Origin: Dehalococcoidia bacterium
GTDB taxonomy: Bacteria > Chloroflexota > Dehalococcoidia > UBA2979
Direction: 5' to 3'
Length of the DNA stretch: 64,000 bases
Assembly: GCA_965248675.1 (NCBI GenBank)
Contig: CBDFJZ010000008.1
Location: 873,213-937,212 of the forward strand
Part shown: piece by piece, positions 1 through 9,244 of the stretch
Numbering within the stretch: position 1 is the stretch's first letter
Layout of the letters: the number at the start of each line of letters is the position of its first letter
Notes under the pieces: model-generated
The model's input: the letters and a program-made list of their open reading frames with translations, nothing else
Databases searched by the model: none
What the model was told of the DNA's origin: nothing
Translations under genes and position numbers: made by a program

Positions 1-300
1 GACCGGGGCGATGCTCGTTCGCGTCAGCTCGCGCCGCATCCAGCCGGCGGTCCGGCTCCCGAGGTTCTGGCTGACCGTCTGGAGGAGCGGACTCATCGAC
101 AGCCATACGAAGTAGAGCGCGCCGACCACGGCGAGCGGCACCGTCAGATCGTCACCGCCCTCGACGGCGCCGACGAGCACGCCGGTCGCGATCGCGGTGC
201 CGGGCGTGAGCAGGGCGCGGAGGATGATCAGCGTCCACCAGATGATCGACAGCGGGCGATGCGCGCGATCGAGCACGGAGGAAGAAGCGAAAGCGCTCAC
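1..300 (-). CDS. membrane protein, N-terminal part (gene runs off the window start); permease-like
   Basis: Manual minus-strand translation from the GTG at 300 gives VSAFASSSVLDRAHRPLSIIWWTLIILRALLTPGTAIATGVLVGAVEGGDDLTVPLAVVGALYFVWLSMSPLLQTVSQNLGSRTAGWMRRELTRTSIAPV. Hydrophobic TM-like stretches. Absent from the ORF track because it is truncated by the window edge. Confidence 0.3.
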   Translation of the reverse strand, partial: MSAFASSSVLDRAHRPLSIIWWTLIILRALLTPGTAIATGVLVGAVEGGDDLTVPLAVVGALYFVWLSMSPLLQTVSQNLGSRTAGWMRRELTRTSIAPV

Positions 301-427
301 CGAGCTCCGGAAGACCGATCATCGAGGCCTCGTCCCACCGCACGATGCTAGCGGGATCCGCTTCGCGCGGCCCATCGCTGATCGCGAACGGAGGCCGCCA
401 GGATGCGGGTAGCGGTGGAGGTGCGGC

Positions 428-1230
428 GTGGACCACGGGCACCTGCGATCCGAGATCGATGAGGGTGTCGCGCTGGTCACGCTGGATCGCGGGGAACGGC
501 TGCACGCGATCAGCCCGGCGCTCGTGTACGAGTTGCTCCACGCGCTAGAGACGACGGATTCGGACGACGCGGTGAAGGTGCTGGTGTTCACCGGCAACGG
601 GCGCGCGTTCTCCGCCTGAGCGGACGTGCTCGCCGGGGTACGAGGACCGCGAGGCCGACAAAGCGCTGGACGAGCGGGACGGATACCGGCGGATGCTGGA
701 GGGCCGATCGGGCACTGGGGCGTGCTGTACTTCGCGCTGGGGTACTACGGGAAGCCGATCATCGCGGCGGTGAACGGGATTTCGGCCGGAGCGGGACTGT
801 CGCTCGCGCTCGCGGCGGACGTTCGGATCGACTCGACGGAGGCGGGGTTCATTTCGATCTTCATTCGCCGCGGGCTGGTGCCCGACAGGGGGACGAGCTG
901 GCAGCTGCCTCAGGTCGTCGGGCGCGGTCGCGCGATCGAGATGATGCTGTCGGGGGACGGGGTCGATGCGAAGACGACGGACCGTTGGGGCCTGGTGAAC
1001 CGGGTCGTGGAGCCGGAGCAGCTCCTACCGAGGCGATAGCGCTGGCGAAGCGGCTGGCGGGCGGGCCGACGATCGCCCTCGAGCTGACGAAGCGCCTCGC
1101 GAACGACATCACTCGCGAGGGGCCGGACCGGCAGATCCAGGACGGGGCATGGGCGGCGACGCGGGGTCAGCTCGCGGAAGACGCGGGCGAGGGCATCCGC
1201 TCATTCGCGGAGCGGCGTGACCCGAACTAG
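428..1230 (+). pseudogene. enoyl-CoA hydratase/isomerase (crotonase) family, disrupted
   Basis: Three consecutive ORF pieces (428..619, 626..1039, 985..1230) together spell a full crotonase (VLVFTGNGRAFSA*ADV... AAVNGISAGAGLSLALAADVRI ... EAIALAKRLAGGPTIALELTKRL). An in-frame TGA at 617-619 sits where the Gly of the F-S-A-G-A-D motif is expected. A 1-nt loss in a GG run near 1027 shifts the C-terminal third into another frame. Confidence 0.6.
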
Positions 1231-1488
1231 ACGGGGCGCTAGGGGTCTTCGACCCTTTCCGGGGTCTGCCAAGACGCCGTCTATCTTCGCCTCGTGCGGC
1301 CAGGGAGCTTGCCGCGCGTGCAGCCACCCGAGGCGCTGATGATGCTCGACGACGGCATGCAGCAGCCGGATCGTGCGGTGGCAAAGCGGAGACGGTTCGA
1401 CCAATCGGCCCCTGGAAGTTTCGCAACGTGCAGTGAGCCCGACTTCGCGGAGACCGTCGCGGGACGATCACCTCGCTGTTAGGGTCCG

Positions 1489-2758
1489 GTGATGTCGAGG
1501 CTGGCGATCACAGTCCTCCTCGCTCTGTGCGCGGCTGCCGCATGCTTCGCCGGCGGCGACGCCAGCCCCTCCCTCGACCCCGACCTCGACCCCGGAGCCA
1601 GCGCTTACAGCGACCGCGCGGAGGGCAACCGCAACTCCGGCCGAGGATGCGTCTCCGTCGCCCGTCGCGACCGCCCAGTCGACGCCACGGGTTGGAGCGG
1701 AACTGCAGGTGATCACGGGCCGGCACTTTCGGGCGACGGTGCCTTGGAGCTGGCTCTACATGGATGCGCAGGGTCCGGTGCCCGAGGCCACGATGACTCG
1801 AATCGAACGCCTACCTCGGCTGGCGCAAGCGTGGGTGCTCGAGGCTCGAGAGGATCTGGACCTAGAGGTGATCTTCACCGGGTTGCCGGAGGACAGAGCA
1901 GGGCAGATCCGGGTCCTTGCCGACTGCGATCGAGGCTGGGATCGGGGACCCGGCGATTGGGGCTGGCTGGTGCTGCTGACCTATCGGGATACCGAGCGAC
2001 CGTTCCGCGAGGGGGACGCGATCGCGGTGATCGAGGGACATCCGTACCAGGTCTACATACTGAACGCGGAGGAGGGTGACTTCTTCACGGTGCATCCGAC
2101 GAGCATCGACGGATGCACCTATGCGATCTCGTCGCCGGCCGACCCGGAGGGGCTCGACAGCTTTCTCGGGTTCCTCGCGAGTCTCGAGCTCGGACGTGCC
2201 GGCGGGACGCTCGATCCCGCACCCGGAGACCCGCCTATTCCGCCCGGATGGGAGACGGTTTCCGGGGTCGCATTCGATGCGGCGGTCGCGAGGGACTGGC
2301 TCTACAACCTCACGGGCGCGCCGCTGACGGACGAGCAGCGAGCGAGCATCGCGGCGCTACCGCCCCACGCGGCGGCCGATGTCCAGCACGAGCAGGAGAC
2401 GCTCGATGGCCTGGAGATCATCTACCTCGGCCTGCCGGAGGAAGCCGATTCGATCGTGACCGTGCTGACGTTCTGCGATCTGTCGTTCAACCGCACCCCA
2501 GACGAGTGGGCCGAGGAGATGCGGGGGCGGCGGGCGGATCAGGGGAGCGGAATGTCGCCCTTGGGCCTCGTGGTGACGGTCGACGGACGACCCCACGAGG
2601 TGTACCTCGGCGAGTCTCCGGAGCGGCAGCACTTCGACGTTTACGTGGTCGCGCACGGCTGCCACTATCTGTTCGCAGTGACACCGCACGACAGCGGCCT
2701 CCCCGGGCTGGTCGACTTCGTTCGGTTTTTGCAGACGGTGGAGCTGAGAGGCGGGTAG
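1489..2758 (+). CDS. repeat-domain lipoprotein, paralog A; signal peptide and body are in different frames
   Basis: Frame 1 from GTG 1489 gives the signal peptide MMSRLAITVLLALCAAAAC. Frame 2 (open from 1493) gives an Ala/Thr/Pro linker (SPAATPAPPSTPTSTPEPALTATA...) running into the 1709..2758 body (GRHFRATVPWSWLY... EVIFTGLPEDRAGQIRV...). The body contains two copies of the domain seen in the downstream paralog. The frames switch around 1545-1550. Confidence 0.55.
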
Positions 2759-2828
2759 CCGACGGCGGGCGTCCCCGGCACGCTGTTGCGTCTGAAACCG
2801 GCCATGCCCAACGGAATGTTAGACTCCG

Positions 2829-4631
2829 GTGATGATTCGCGCATTCATGGTCGGTTTCCTGACCGCGCTGGGCGTCGCCTGCCTGCCGGGCGGCGGGGGC
2901 GACGAGCCGACGGCGACGGCAACGGCCGGGCCCGCTGCGACCGGGACGACGACGGCAACCTCGACGGCCACGCCCGCTCCCGAGGCAGCCCCGGTGGTCA
3001 CGCCGCGGACCGGGCGGCCGACCCCGGGACCGGTGGTCGAGGCCCCGCTGGAGGGCCGGCACTTCCGAGCGACCGTGCCGGCAAGCTGGCTGTACCTCGA
3101 CTCTGAACAGCCGCCGTCCGATGCCCTGACCGAGCGGATCGAGGGCCTGCCAGCTGCGGCGCAGGAGGCGATCGCGGTCGCCCTGGGCGAGCCCGGAGGG
3201 GAGGTGATCTTCACGGGGCTGCCGAGGGATGCGAGTTCGCAGATCCGGGTCGCTTCCCTCTGCGATGATCCCTGGGACCAGGGCCCGGGCGACTGGGACC
3301 GGCTGATGCAGATCACCCACCGGCAGGGAGGCCGGCTGGTCGACCTCGCCGACGCGATCGTGCAGGTCGAGGAGCTTCCGTATCCGGTCTACGAGGTGCG
3401 CGCTGACGGCCGGGACATCTATTCGGTGCACCTGACGAGCGTGGACGGATGCGTGTACGGGATCTCGCACCCGATCGATGCGCAGGAACTGGACACGTTC
3501 GTCTCGTTCCTCGAGGGTCTCGAGCTTAGACGTGCGGGCGGCGCCTCCGAGCCGGCCTCGGAAGACCCGCTGATCCCGGTTGGCTGGCGCGCGATCGCGG
3601 GGGAGCACTTCGACGCGGCGATTGCGAACGAGTGGCTGTACAACCTGACGGGGGCGCCGCTCACCGCAGAGCAAGCGGCGACGATCGCGTCGCTGCCGGC
3701 CGATGTCGCAGCCGAGGTGCAGTTCGAACAGGACACGCTCGACGGGCTCGAGATCATCTATCTCGGGCTGCCGCTGGAGACGGACACGACGATGACGGTA
3801 TTGAGCTTCTGCGGGCTGTCGTTCACGCGTACGCCGAGCGAATGGGCCGAGGAGATGTCCGGACGCCGGGCGGACCAGGGGAGCGAGATGTCGCTGAGCG
3901 GTCTCACGGCGACGGTGGATGGCCGCGCGCACGACATCTACGCCGGGGAGTCGCCAACCCGGCTCCATTTCGACACCTACGTGGTTGGCGCGAACGGGTG
4001 CCACTATCTGTTCGTCGTGACGCCGAGCGAGTTCGGGCTGTCCGCAGTGATCGACTACGCGCAGTTCCTGCAGACGGTCGAGATCCCGAATCCGGCGACG
4101 GCCGGCAACGTTCCGTCCTCGGGCGGGCGCCACTTCCGCGCGGAGTTCCCGGGGGAGTGGGTCGTCCTCGATGCTGCGATCCCGCTGCCGGAGGCGACCG
4201 AGACGACGCTACGAGCGCTAGCGGGGGACCTCGAGCTCCGCGTCCGCGACCAGCTGACGAAGTTCGAGGGCGGGCAGCTGATCTACCCAACGCTACTCAC
4301 GGAGGGGGAGACCTACATCGCCGTCACGACGACGTGCGGTGAATTCGGACTGACCGCCGCGGGTTGGGAGAACCAGATTCGAACGCGGCTGCAGCAGGCC
4401 GGCAGCGTGGTATTCACGAACGGCACGAAGGTGACCATCGCCGAAGCCGAGTACGACGCGTGGGATGCCTGGATCGATAGCCCGGCGGATCGCGTTGACC
4501 GGGTGGTGATGCCGATCAGCATTGACGGTTGCGGCTACACGTTCACGCTGGTGAGCGCGGTCGGTGACGCCGCCGCGTACGGGGTGTTTCTCTCCTTCCT
4601 CGAGACGCTGAGGCTGTCGAAAGACTTCTAG
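2829..4631 (+). CDS. repeat-domain lipoprotein, paralog B (three internal ~160-aa repeats)
   Basis: 600-aa ORF. N-terminal signal peptide MMIRAFMVGFLTALGVAC, then an Ala/Thr/Pro-rich linker. Three repeats (aa ~75-236, ~237-410, ~425-600) share the motifs GRHFRA, E(V/I)I(F/Y)TGLP, QIRV, PGDW, DGCxY and FLxxLEL. It clearly matches the upstream ORF (GRHFRATVP, EWLYNLTGAPLT, GCHYLF). Confidence 0.7.
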   Translation: MMIRAFMVGFLTALGVACLPGGGGDEPTATATAGPAATGTTTATSTATPAPEAAPVVTPRTGRPTPGPVVEAPLEGRHFRATVPASWLYLDSEQPPSDALTERIEGLPAAAQEAIAVALGEPGGEVIFTGLPRDASSQIRVASLCDDPWDQGPGDWDRLMQITHRQGGRLVDLADAIVQVEELPYPVYEVRADGRDIYSVHLTSVDGCVYGISHPIDAQELDTFVSFLEGLELRRAGGASEPASEDPLIPVGWRAIAGEHFDAAIANEWLYNLTGAPLTAEQAATIASLPADVAAEVQFEQDTLDGLEIIYLGLPLETDTTMTVLSFCGLSFTRTPSEWAEEMSGRRADQGSEMSLSGLTATVDGRAHDIYAGESPTRLHFDTYVVGANGCHYLFVVTPSEFGLSAVIDYAQFLQTVEIPNPATAGNVPSSGGRHFRAEFPGEWVVLDAAIPLPEATETTLRALAGDLELRVRDQLTKFEGGQLIYPTLLTEGETYIAVTTTCGEFGLTAAGWENQIRTRLQQAGSVVFTNGTKVTIAEAEYDAWDAWIDSPADRVDRVVMPISIDGCGYTFTLVSAVGDAAAYGVFLSFLETLRLSKDF

Positions 4632-4739
4632 CCCGCCACGCCCGGGGCTCCGGTCGCGCCTGATCCGGCGGCGTGGGCGCGGCGCAACGATCGGCGGTCT
4701 GACGGCGTCGGCGGGGGAGAGACGTCGAGCGCGTATGTG

Positions 4740-6023
4740 TCAGCCCGGGTAGGCGTTCCCGATCACGCCCGCTGCCTCGAAGCTCGCGATCTCGTCCTCG
4801 CGGTAGCCGAGTTCGTCGAGGATCTCCGCGTTGTGCTCGCCGAGGAGCCCACAGGCGCGGTCCACCGAGGGCGCGTCGGGGGACAGCGACCAGAGGAAGC
4901 CGGGCATCATCTGGACGCCCATGTAGCGGTGATTGACGGGCTGCAGCCAGCTTCGTTCGGCGAACTGAGGATTGCTGAGGAACGACGAGTGGTGCTTGAC
5001 GGGTGCGGCGATGCCACCAGCCTCCGAGACGGCATCCGCGATCGCCTCGGCGGTGCCTGTCGCAGCGTAGGCGGCGACGGCGGCATCGACCTCGGAGCGG
5101 GCGCGGAGGCGGCCGACGACGGTGGCCCAGGGGTGCCCGAGGCTGGCCCACTCCGAGTGGCCGGCGGCGGTGGCGACGCCACGCCACTGGCCGTCGGTGC
5201 GCGCCTCGAGCACAACCCACGCCGTCTCGCGGAGCGGTGGCGGCCCACCGGCCGTCGCGTCCGCGGCCTCACCGCCGGCGGCGCGGTAGGCGCCGTGCGG
5301 GACGATCTGCGGATCGCGGTTGCCGAGGCGCTCGGGCAAACGGTCGTTGAGCGTGACTTCGGCGAAGGCGCCGGGGAGTTGCCAGGCGAAAGCCTCGGCC
5401 TGCGAAATGTCGATGAAGTGGCCCTCGCCGGTCTGTTCGCGTTGGAAGAGGCCAGAGATGACGGCCTGAACCAGGGTGATCGCGCCGATGGCGTCGGTGT
5501 GGAAGATCGGCGGGATCTGAGCGAGCGGGCGCTCCGGGTAGCCGCGCAGCGAGGCGTGGCCGACGGTCGAGTCGAGACCGGAGCCGAGGGTGACGTAGCC
5601 CTGGTACGGACCCTCGGCACCCCAGCCGGGCATCGAGAGCATGACCAGGTTGGGGTTGAGCTGGCGGACGGCGTCCCAGCCGAAGCCGAGGCGCTCGATG
5701 GTGCCGGCGGAGTAGGCCTCGATGAAGACATCGGCGCCGACGATGAGCTTGCGGAGCGCCCCGGCGCCCTCGTCGGTGCGGATGTTCAGGGTGAGGTTGC
5801 GCTTGTTGCGGTTCGCCATGTGGTGGATCGAGATGCGTTCCCACGGCGGGCCGTCGCCGCCCGGCGGCGGCGGGGTGGTGCGGGTGATGGAGGAGGGACG
5901 CGGGAAGGATTCGACCTTCACGACGTCGGCGCCGAGGTCGCCGAGCAGCGAGCAGCCCATGGGGCCGGCCCAGACCTCGGTCATGTCGAGCACGCGGATG
6001 CCGGCGAGCAGCTTGCTCGTCAC
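4740..6023 (-). CDS. CoA transferase family III (CaiB/BaiF-like)
   Basis: The long ORF carries a GC-skew-type N-terminal extension. The real start is the GTG at 6023 (VTSKLLAGIRVLDMTEVWAGPMGCSLLGDLGADVVKVE...), which overlaps the upstream stop as GTGA. Typical family III signature. Confidence 0.8.
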   Translation of the reverse strand: MTSKLLAGIRVLDMTEVWAGPMGCSLLGDLGADVVKVESFPRPSSITRTTPPPPGGDGPPWERISIHHMANRNKRNLTLNIRTDEGAGALRKLIVGADVFIEAYSAGTIERLGFGWDAVRQLNPNLVMLSMPGWGAEGPYQGYVTLGSGLDSTVGHASLRGYPERPLAQIPPIFHTDAIGAITLVQAVISGLFQREQTGEGHFIDISQAEAFAWQLPGAFAEVTLNDRLPERLGNRDPQIVPHGAYRAAGGEAADATAGGPPPLRETAWVVLEARTDGQWRGVATAAGHSEWASLGHPWATVVGRLRARSEVDAAVAAYAATGTAEAIADAVSEAGGIAAPVKHHSSFLSNPQFAERSWLQPVNHRYMGVQMMPGFLWSLSPDAPSVDRACGLLGEHNAEILDELGYREDEIASFEAAGVIGNAYPG

Positions 6024-7225
6024 GAGGTGACGCCAGCGCGGAAGAGGGCGAGCTGCTCCTCGGGGGTGTAGTCGGCCTCGGAAAGGAGCTCGGCGGTGTG
6101 CTGGCCGAGGGTGGGAGCGGGGCGCGGCTGCCAGGCGGCGGATTGCTCGGCGGCCGTGCGGATACGGAAGGGCGGCCCCACGATCGTCTGAGTGCCCACA
6201 CCGGCCTGCTGCTTCACGTCGACGAAGGAGCCGCGAGCGACGGCCTGCACGTCCTCCATGGCGTCGCGGACGTCGAGGAGCGGGGCGCACATGACGCCGT
6301 GGGCCTGGAGGTCGCGGAAGGCCTCGTGGCGGGTGCGGGCGGCGAGATAGGGGCCGAGGTGGCTCATGAACTCGTCGATGTGCTTCGGCTTCTCCAGCGG
6401 ATCGAGGAAGCGCGGATCGGTGGCGAACTCGGGCTTGCCAATCGCCTCGCAGAGGCGTCCGAAGAAGGGGTTGCTACCGGCGGAGAAGATCAACAAGCCG
6501 TCGCTGCATTCGAAGTAGCCGTTGGGGTAGCCGAGGCCGCCGCCGGGATCGCGTGGTAGATCGACGCCGGTGAACGCCCAGGGAACGTACCAGGAGTCGA
6601 CGTTGCCGCTGAGGGCCTCGGCGGCGGCGACCTCGATGCTTCGACGCTCGCCGTCGTGCCGGCGGCCCCAGATCGCGGCGGCCGCGACCGCGGTGGCCGT
6701 CGAGGCCCATTGCATCGTCGCCACGTAGGGCGCGTAGCGGAGTGGCTCCTCGCCGTTGTAGGAGTGGCGCAGCATCCGGTTGGTGCGGGCAAAGATCGAG
6801 ATGTCGTCTTCCTCGTGATCGGCGAACGGGCCCTCGAGGCCGTGCGGGGTCATGGTGACGGTGGACGGAGCGTGATCGCCGAGGGTGTCGAGCGCGGCGA
6901 GGAGTGGGCGCGCCTCGGAGGGTGTGAGCTGCAGCACCGCCAGGTCGGCACCGCGGGCGACGTCGAGCAGCACCTGGACGCCGGAGGGGGTCGCGAGGTC
7001 GAGGACGAGCGAGCGCTTCCCGGTGTCGAGCGCGAGGTGGTAGGCACCGCGGTCGAGGTGCGGGAGGTCGTTGGGGAAGGGCGGGACGCGGCGGACCTCG
7101 CCGCCGGCGGTGGGCTCGACCTTGATGACGTCGGCGCCGAAGTCGGACAGCGTCTTGGTGGCGCCGGCGGAGGCGATCGTGCCGCCGACCTCGATGATGC
7201 GTACGCCGTCGTAGGGCTGGGTCAT
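6020..7225 (-). CDS. CoA transferase family III (CaiB/BaiF-like)
   Basis: Starts at the ATG at 7225 (MTQPYDGVRIIEVGGTIASAGATKTLSDFGADVIKVEP...). The stop TGA at 6020-6022 overlaps the GTG start of the next CoA transferase. Confidence 0.8.
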   Translation of the reverse strand: MTQPYDGVRIIEVGGTIASAGATKTLSDFGADVIKVEPTAGGEVRRVPPFPNDLPHLDRGAYHLALDTGKRSLVLDLATPSGVQVLLDVARGADLAVLQLTPSEARPLLAALDTLGDHAPSTVTMTPHGLEGPFADHEEDDISIFARTNRMLRHSYNGEEPLRYAPYVATMQWASTATAVAAAAIWGRRHDGERRSIEVAAAEALSGNVDSWYVPWAFTGVDLPRDPGGGLGYPNGYFECSDGLLIFSAGSNPFFGRLCEAIGKPEFATDPRFLDPLEKPKHIDEFMSHLGPYLAARTRHEAFRDLQAHGVMCAPLLDVRDAMEDVQAVARGSFVDVKQQAGVGTQTIVGPPFRIRTAAEQSAAWQPRPAPTLGQHTAELLSEADYTPEEQLALFRAGVTS

Positions 7226-7324
7226 GCGGACGCCAGCCGGCGGCAGTGAGGGAGGGCGCGTTCCTCGGTCATGGCGGACGCGATGATAGGGGAAGGCGCG
7301 GAGCGCGGGGCGCTGCTCCAACCT

Positions 7325-7745
7325 CTACTCAGGCGGGAGAATCACGTACGTACCGGTGGCGCGGCCGATGTTCCTGTCCGAGGCGTCGTAGAGGTCCGCC
7401 ATGGCATGGCTGAGGGTGCGACCACGGCGGAGAACCTCGGCGCGAGCGCGGATCGTGTCGCCCTGGAGTGGGCGGAGCCAGCGGAACTCAGCCTGCGCGG
7501 TGATCACCCGCTCCTCGGGATCGGCGACGGTGGCGAGGGCGCCGCCCATGGCGGAGTCGGCGACGATCAGCCAGACGCCGCCGTGGACGATGCCGTAGAG
7601 GTTGTGGGTGCTCGGGGCGGCGGTGCTCGGCCCAGCCATCCCCGGCGTCAGTGAACTCGTAGCCGAGGTCGGCGAAGAGGGGGACGGCCTGCATCTCGCG
7701 GAGCGCGGGGTAGCGGTCGAAGTGATCGGTCATCGACGGGCGCAA
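7325..7745 (-). pseudogene. PaaI/hotdog-fold thioesterase, frameshifted
   Basis: The N-terminus MTDHFDRYPALREMQAVPLFADLGYEFTDAGDGWAE (ORF 7488..7745) and the C-terminus ...STHNLYGIVHGGVWLIVADSAMGGALA... (ORF 7325..7639) are in different frames. The junction lies at about 7605-7615, in a C run. Confidence 0.55.
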
Positions 7746-7757
7746 CGCCGGCCCTCG

Positions 7758-8609
7758 CTAACCTCGGTTCCCGTACGAGCGCGCGAGGGACTGGGCGGGA
7801 TCGGCCTGGATGCCCAGGGGGGCGATCGGGTAGCGGAGGCCGTTACGCGAGAGCTTGGCGAGGCCGTCGACCGCCTTCGGGAGGTAGCGCGGCGGGATCG
7901 CCATCAGCAGCTCTTCGTCCTGGACGCCGCCGAAGCGGCGCTCGGCGAAGCACGGGATGGAGAGCGACGGCTCGCCGGTGGCAAGCGCGCGGCCCCACGA
8001 GTCGGCGCAGGCCGATTCGCCGACGACGGTGAAGTCGAATTTCTTGTAACCGTGGAACTGGAGGCCGTTGATCAGAATGATCATCTGGCCCGGGGTGGCG
8101 TAGATCAGGCAGACGTCGGGCGGGTCGAGGCGGCCGGAGGTGAGCGGGGAGACGGCGAGTGCCCGGTAGCGGCCGGAGGGCAGGACGTCCATCGCCTGCT
8201 GGTGGGCGATCGCGTCCTCGTCGGATCCGAACCAGACGCCGCTCATGTTGGTGCCTTCGCGCCACTGCATCATCGTCGGGAGGCGGCCGCCCTCGGTGGT
8301 GGGAAGCAGGCCAACGGGGGCGGCGCACTGGGCGCCGAGATCGTCGCCGGTGACGCCGAGGGTCCAGCCGTTCCAGCGGGCCTGGGCGATGATCTGGTCG
8401 AGCATGAGCCGGGTGTCTGGGCGACGGATGCGCTCGATCGCCTCCATCTCCTCGACGGTGTCGAACATCTTCAGGCCGACGGGGGTGGCGCCGAGGCGGA
8501 GGTAGCGGTTGAGGCCCTCGACGAGCGCCGGCCAATCGTAGCTGTCCGGCTCAGGTGGGGCGTCCGGTGCGACGCCGACCCCGGGCACGGGTTGCTGTTG
8601 CTCGACCAT
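7758..8609 (-). CDS. DUF169-family protein
   Basis: Start ATG at 8609 (MVEQQQPVPG...) with GAGGGGA spaced upstream. Sequence is typical of DUF169/COG2043 (…CLIYATPGQMIILINGLQFHGYKKFDFTVVGESACADSWGRAL…). Confidence 0.6.
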   Translation of the reverse strand: MVEQQQPVPGVGVAPDAPPEPDSYDWPALVEGLNRYLRLGATPVGLKMFDTVEEMEAIERIRRPDTRLMLDQIIAQARWNGWTLGVTGDDLGAQCAAPVGLLPTTEGGRLPTMMQWREGTNMSGVWFGSDEDAIAHQQAMDVLPSGRYRALAVSPLTSGRLDPPDVCLIYATPGQMIILINGLQFHGYKKFDFTVVGESACADSWGRALATGEPSLSIPCFAERRFGGVQDEELLMAIPPRYLPKAVDGLAKLSRNGLRYPIAPLGIQADPAQSLARSYGNRG

Positions 8610-8908
8610 CGTTCGGCTCCCCTCAAGCGGCTCGATGATACGCGGCGGCGCGGCGTCCGCGATTGCTGGCATCGCCGCACGGTGAGCCACGGGACCGACT
8701 ACGTCGACAACTTGATCCGTCGCCGCGCCCACCGGTGGCGCGGCTCTTTCCCCTCCGGCGTGGTCTGTGTCCGGGCGATCGCGGCGGCGGTCGGGACGTG
8801 ATGCTGGTGGTAGCCGGATCGGCTACTCGCGGCCGAGGCTGCCCACGGCGGCGGGAGGGTAAGGCGTCTCTGAGGCTGGCTGGGCATCAGAAGATGGCTG
8901 CGCCGCGC

Positions 8909-9050
8909 CGAGGGGGGCGACTGGCCGGCTCGCAGCGAGCAACCGTCGGATGACGCTCCATTCGTCGGGGGCACTCTGCTTCGGGTGATCGCCGGCGCCC
9001 CCGACATCCCCGCCGGGGACTGGGTGTCCCCGGACCCCTCTTTAGCCGAG
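8909..9050. repeat. structured GC-rich intergenic repeat, copy 1 (two hairpins)
   Basis: cgaggggggcga...gcgagc...tgacgctccattcgtcggggg[...]cccccgacatccccgccggggactgggtgtccccggacccctctttagccgag. Aligns to 11041..11162. Hairpin 2 (ccggggac tgggt gtccccgg) is at 9012..9032. Hairpin 1 (gtcggggg...cccccgac) carries a 23-nt loop insertion relative to copy 2. Confidence 0.7.
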
Positions 9051-9244
9051 AACCGCTCGGCCGTCGTCAGCTTCGGGTGGCGGCGAGCGATCCGCGGCCT
9101 CTCGGCCGGCTTTCGAGGCTGAGCGCAGGCGTCTTGCATGATCGGCGCCCGGTACCGCTAGGCCAGCCTTCCCATCGACCGCGGCGCTTCTGCTCGCGCT
9201 AGACCGAACCGGTCTCGCGTATCCGCTGTCGGCTGAGGTCGGGG

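Noticed and set aside
2487-4133. 548-aa minus-strand ORF antisense to lipoprotein gene B
   Set aside because: Arg/Pro/Gly-rich and low-complexity, with no recognisable domain. It entirely overlaps a well-supported plus-strand gene. Typical shadow ORF in high-GC DNA.
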